A stretch of DNA of 64,000 bases. Source: Octopus vulgaris (taxonomy: Eukaryota). Under the pieces are notes generated by a model, which saw only the letters and a list, made by a program, of their open reading frames with translations, was not told the DNA's origin and ran no database searches. The position numbers were made by a program, and so were the translations under genes. Location of the stretch: assembly GCA_951406725.2 (NCBI GenBank), contig OX597818.1, positions 108,996,001 through 109,060,000 on the forward strand. The letters run 5' to 3'. Shown here piece by piece: positions 62,711 through 64,000 of the stretch; the first letter of the stretch is position 1; each line of letters starts with the position of its first letter.

Positions 62711-62954
62711 CAACAAGGTCTCAACCAGAGTTCACATTACCCCCCTGGGGGTCCATATAAGATTTAGCTGTTAAATTTAGTTCAACAAATTGGTTATAAT
62801 TCTACAACACTCAAAACAATTTCGCAATTTTTCACATAATTCCCAATCAGTTCTTTTTAAACAATTCCTAATAAGTTCTTTTTAAACAAGGCTCCAGGAG
62901 AGTAAAATAAGGATCAAAGGGGTCCATAGGCAAAAAAATGGTTGAGAACCACTG
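62711..62954. mobile_element. hAT MITE (same family as 13029-13204)
   Basis: Right TIR ggttgagaaccactg followed by atctagg. Left TIR degenerate (gtctcaaccag). Confidence 0.7.
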
Positions 62955-64000
62955 ATCTAGGCACTCAAAGAAGCAATCACCTTTATGACATTCACAACAG
63001 CTAAGTACACTCCCAAATCATAGCTTGACAATTCAGAAAGCCACTTCTTCAATTATCCCTTCGTATGAGGGGAAAACCCCTATTTTTACTCAAGGTACTT
63101 CGTAGCCCACTAGTATTAATGAACACCTCTTGCTCTTCTAGTTCCCCTTTCCTTCTTCAACCTGTTTGTAGTTTGGCAATTCTTGCTCTCAGTTTCATGG
63201 TAACCAATAATGTGCAAACAATACTACCTGATAGAAATAATAAAATGCTCCCAGTAGACTTGAACAGCTTTATTTATAAACAGCAGGTCTATAATTTAAC
63301 CACTTGACCATCATACATCAACTATCTATGCCTATTGCAAAATAGTATGCATCTATGTATGAGACAGTAAATATATACACCAAAACTGATGAAGCATTAT
63401 ATAGAAGTAAGAGAGAAAGAGGAGAGAAGCAAAGAGATAAAGCAAAGAATGGCTATTAATAGGAAATAGTGTGAGTGAGCAATCAGGATTTGTATTGATA
63501 ATAGATAATAGGTAGAGTGAAGCAGGTATTTTATAACTGAAGGATGCTGTGAAAAATTATGAAATATTCATATCCGACCTTCTGCATATGTAAAAATGCA
63601 GTGACTGAATGCAAGTACTTTATGAAATTAATAAGACCAGAGAAAAGAATATTGCTTGGTGTGTATGTGTATGCATACGCACATATTGAGGCATACGCAC
63701 ATGACACATACAGGCACACTTCCGCTTCCTTTGTGTTTTGGTATTTCTAAGAAAGTATTCAAAACAGTTGAATTTAGTGCAGATATTAAACATTTACAAC
63801 AGTAATAGCATTGATACTAATAGGGTGCGTTTTTCTGTTTCCAAAACACACTGGTCACCATATTCTTTCGCTTTGCAACACGATAACAATTATACAAATA
63901 TGCAATTTGAGAAATTTAAGCAATTATGCTACCAATCGCCTGAGGTTCGATATTGTTTGTCCTTCTATAATAACTCTATAGACCTAGTCTTGCTTCATTT

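Overview
This is eukaryotic, AT-rich, repeat-saturated genomic DNA. The SINE, RTE and R4/Dong repeat content and abundant (TA)n, (CA)n, (TAA)n and (GAT)n microsatellites point to a coleoid cephalopod, most likely Octopus (inference from recognised repeat families). The only host coding sequence I can support is two minus-strand exons of a Greatwall/MASTL kinase gene (31889-31996 and 27942-28104; motif TPLRTPKSVRR...RVLGTPDYLAPEIL). The rest appears to be very long introns. These hold tRNA-headed SINEs (three families, here called A, B and D), RTE-clade, R4/Dong-clade and Penelope-like retroelement fragments, a full-length but dead Tc1/mariner, several MITEs and a 17-bp minisatellite. Almost all ORFs in the supplied track are microsatellite or repeat artefacts. 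There is no prokaryotic system, CRISPR array or rRNA. I found no convincing new protein-coding system. The most interesting signals are RNA-structural: a minimal, probably dimeric hammerhead ribozyme (about 10688-10733), a near-perfect 81-nt hairpin next to a MASTL splice donor, structure-conserving tandem hairpin units in an RTE 3' UTR, recurrent RTE insertion at one SINE position, a (TAA)n-targeted R4/Dong cluster, and inverted SINE pairs. Repeat boundaries were read by eye and are approximate unless a TSD or TIR is quoted.
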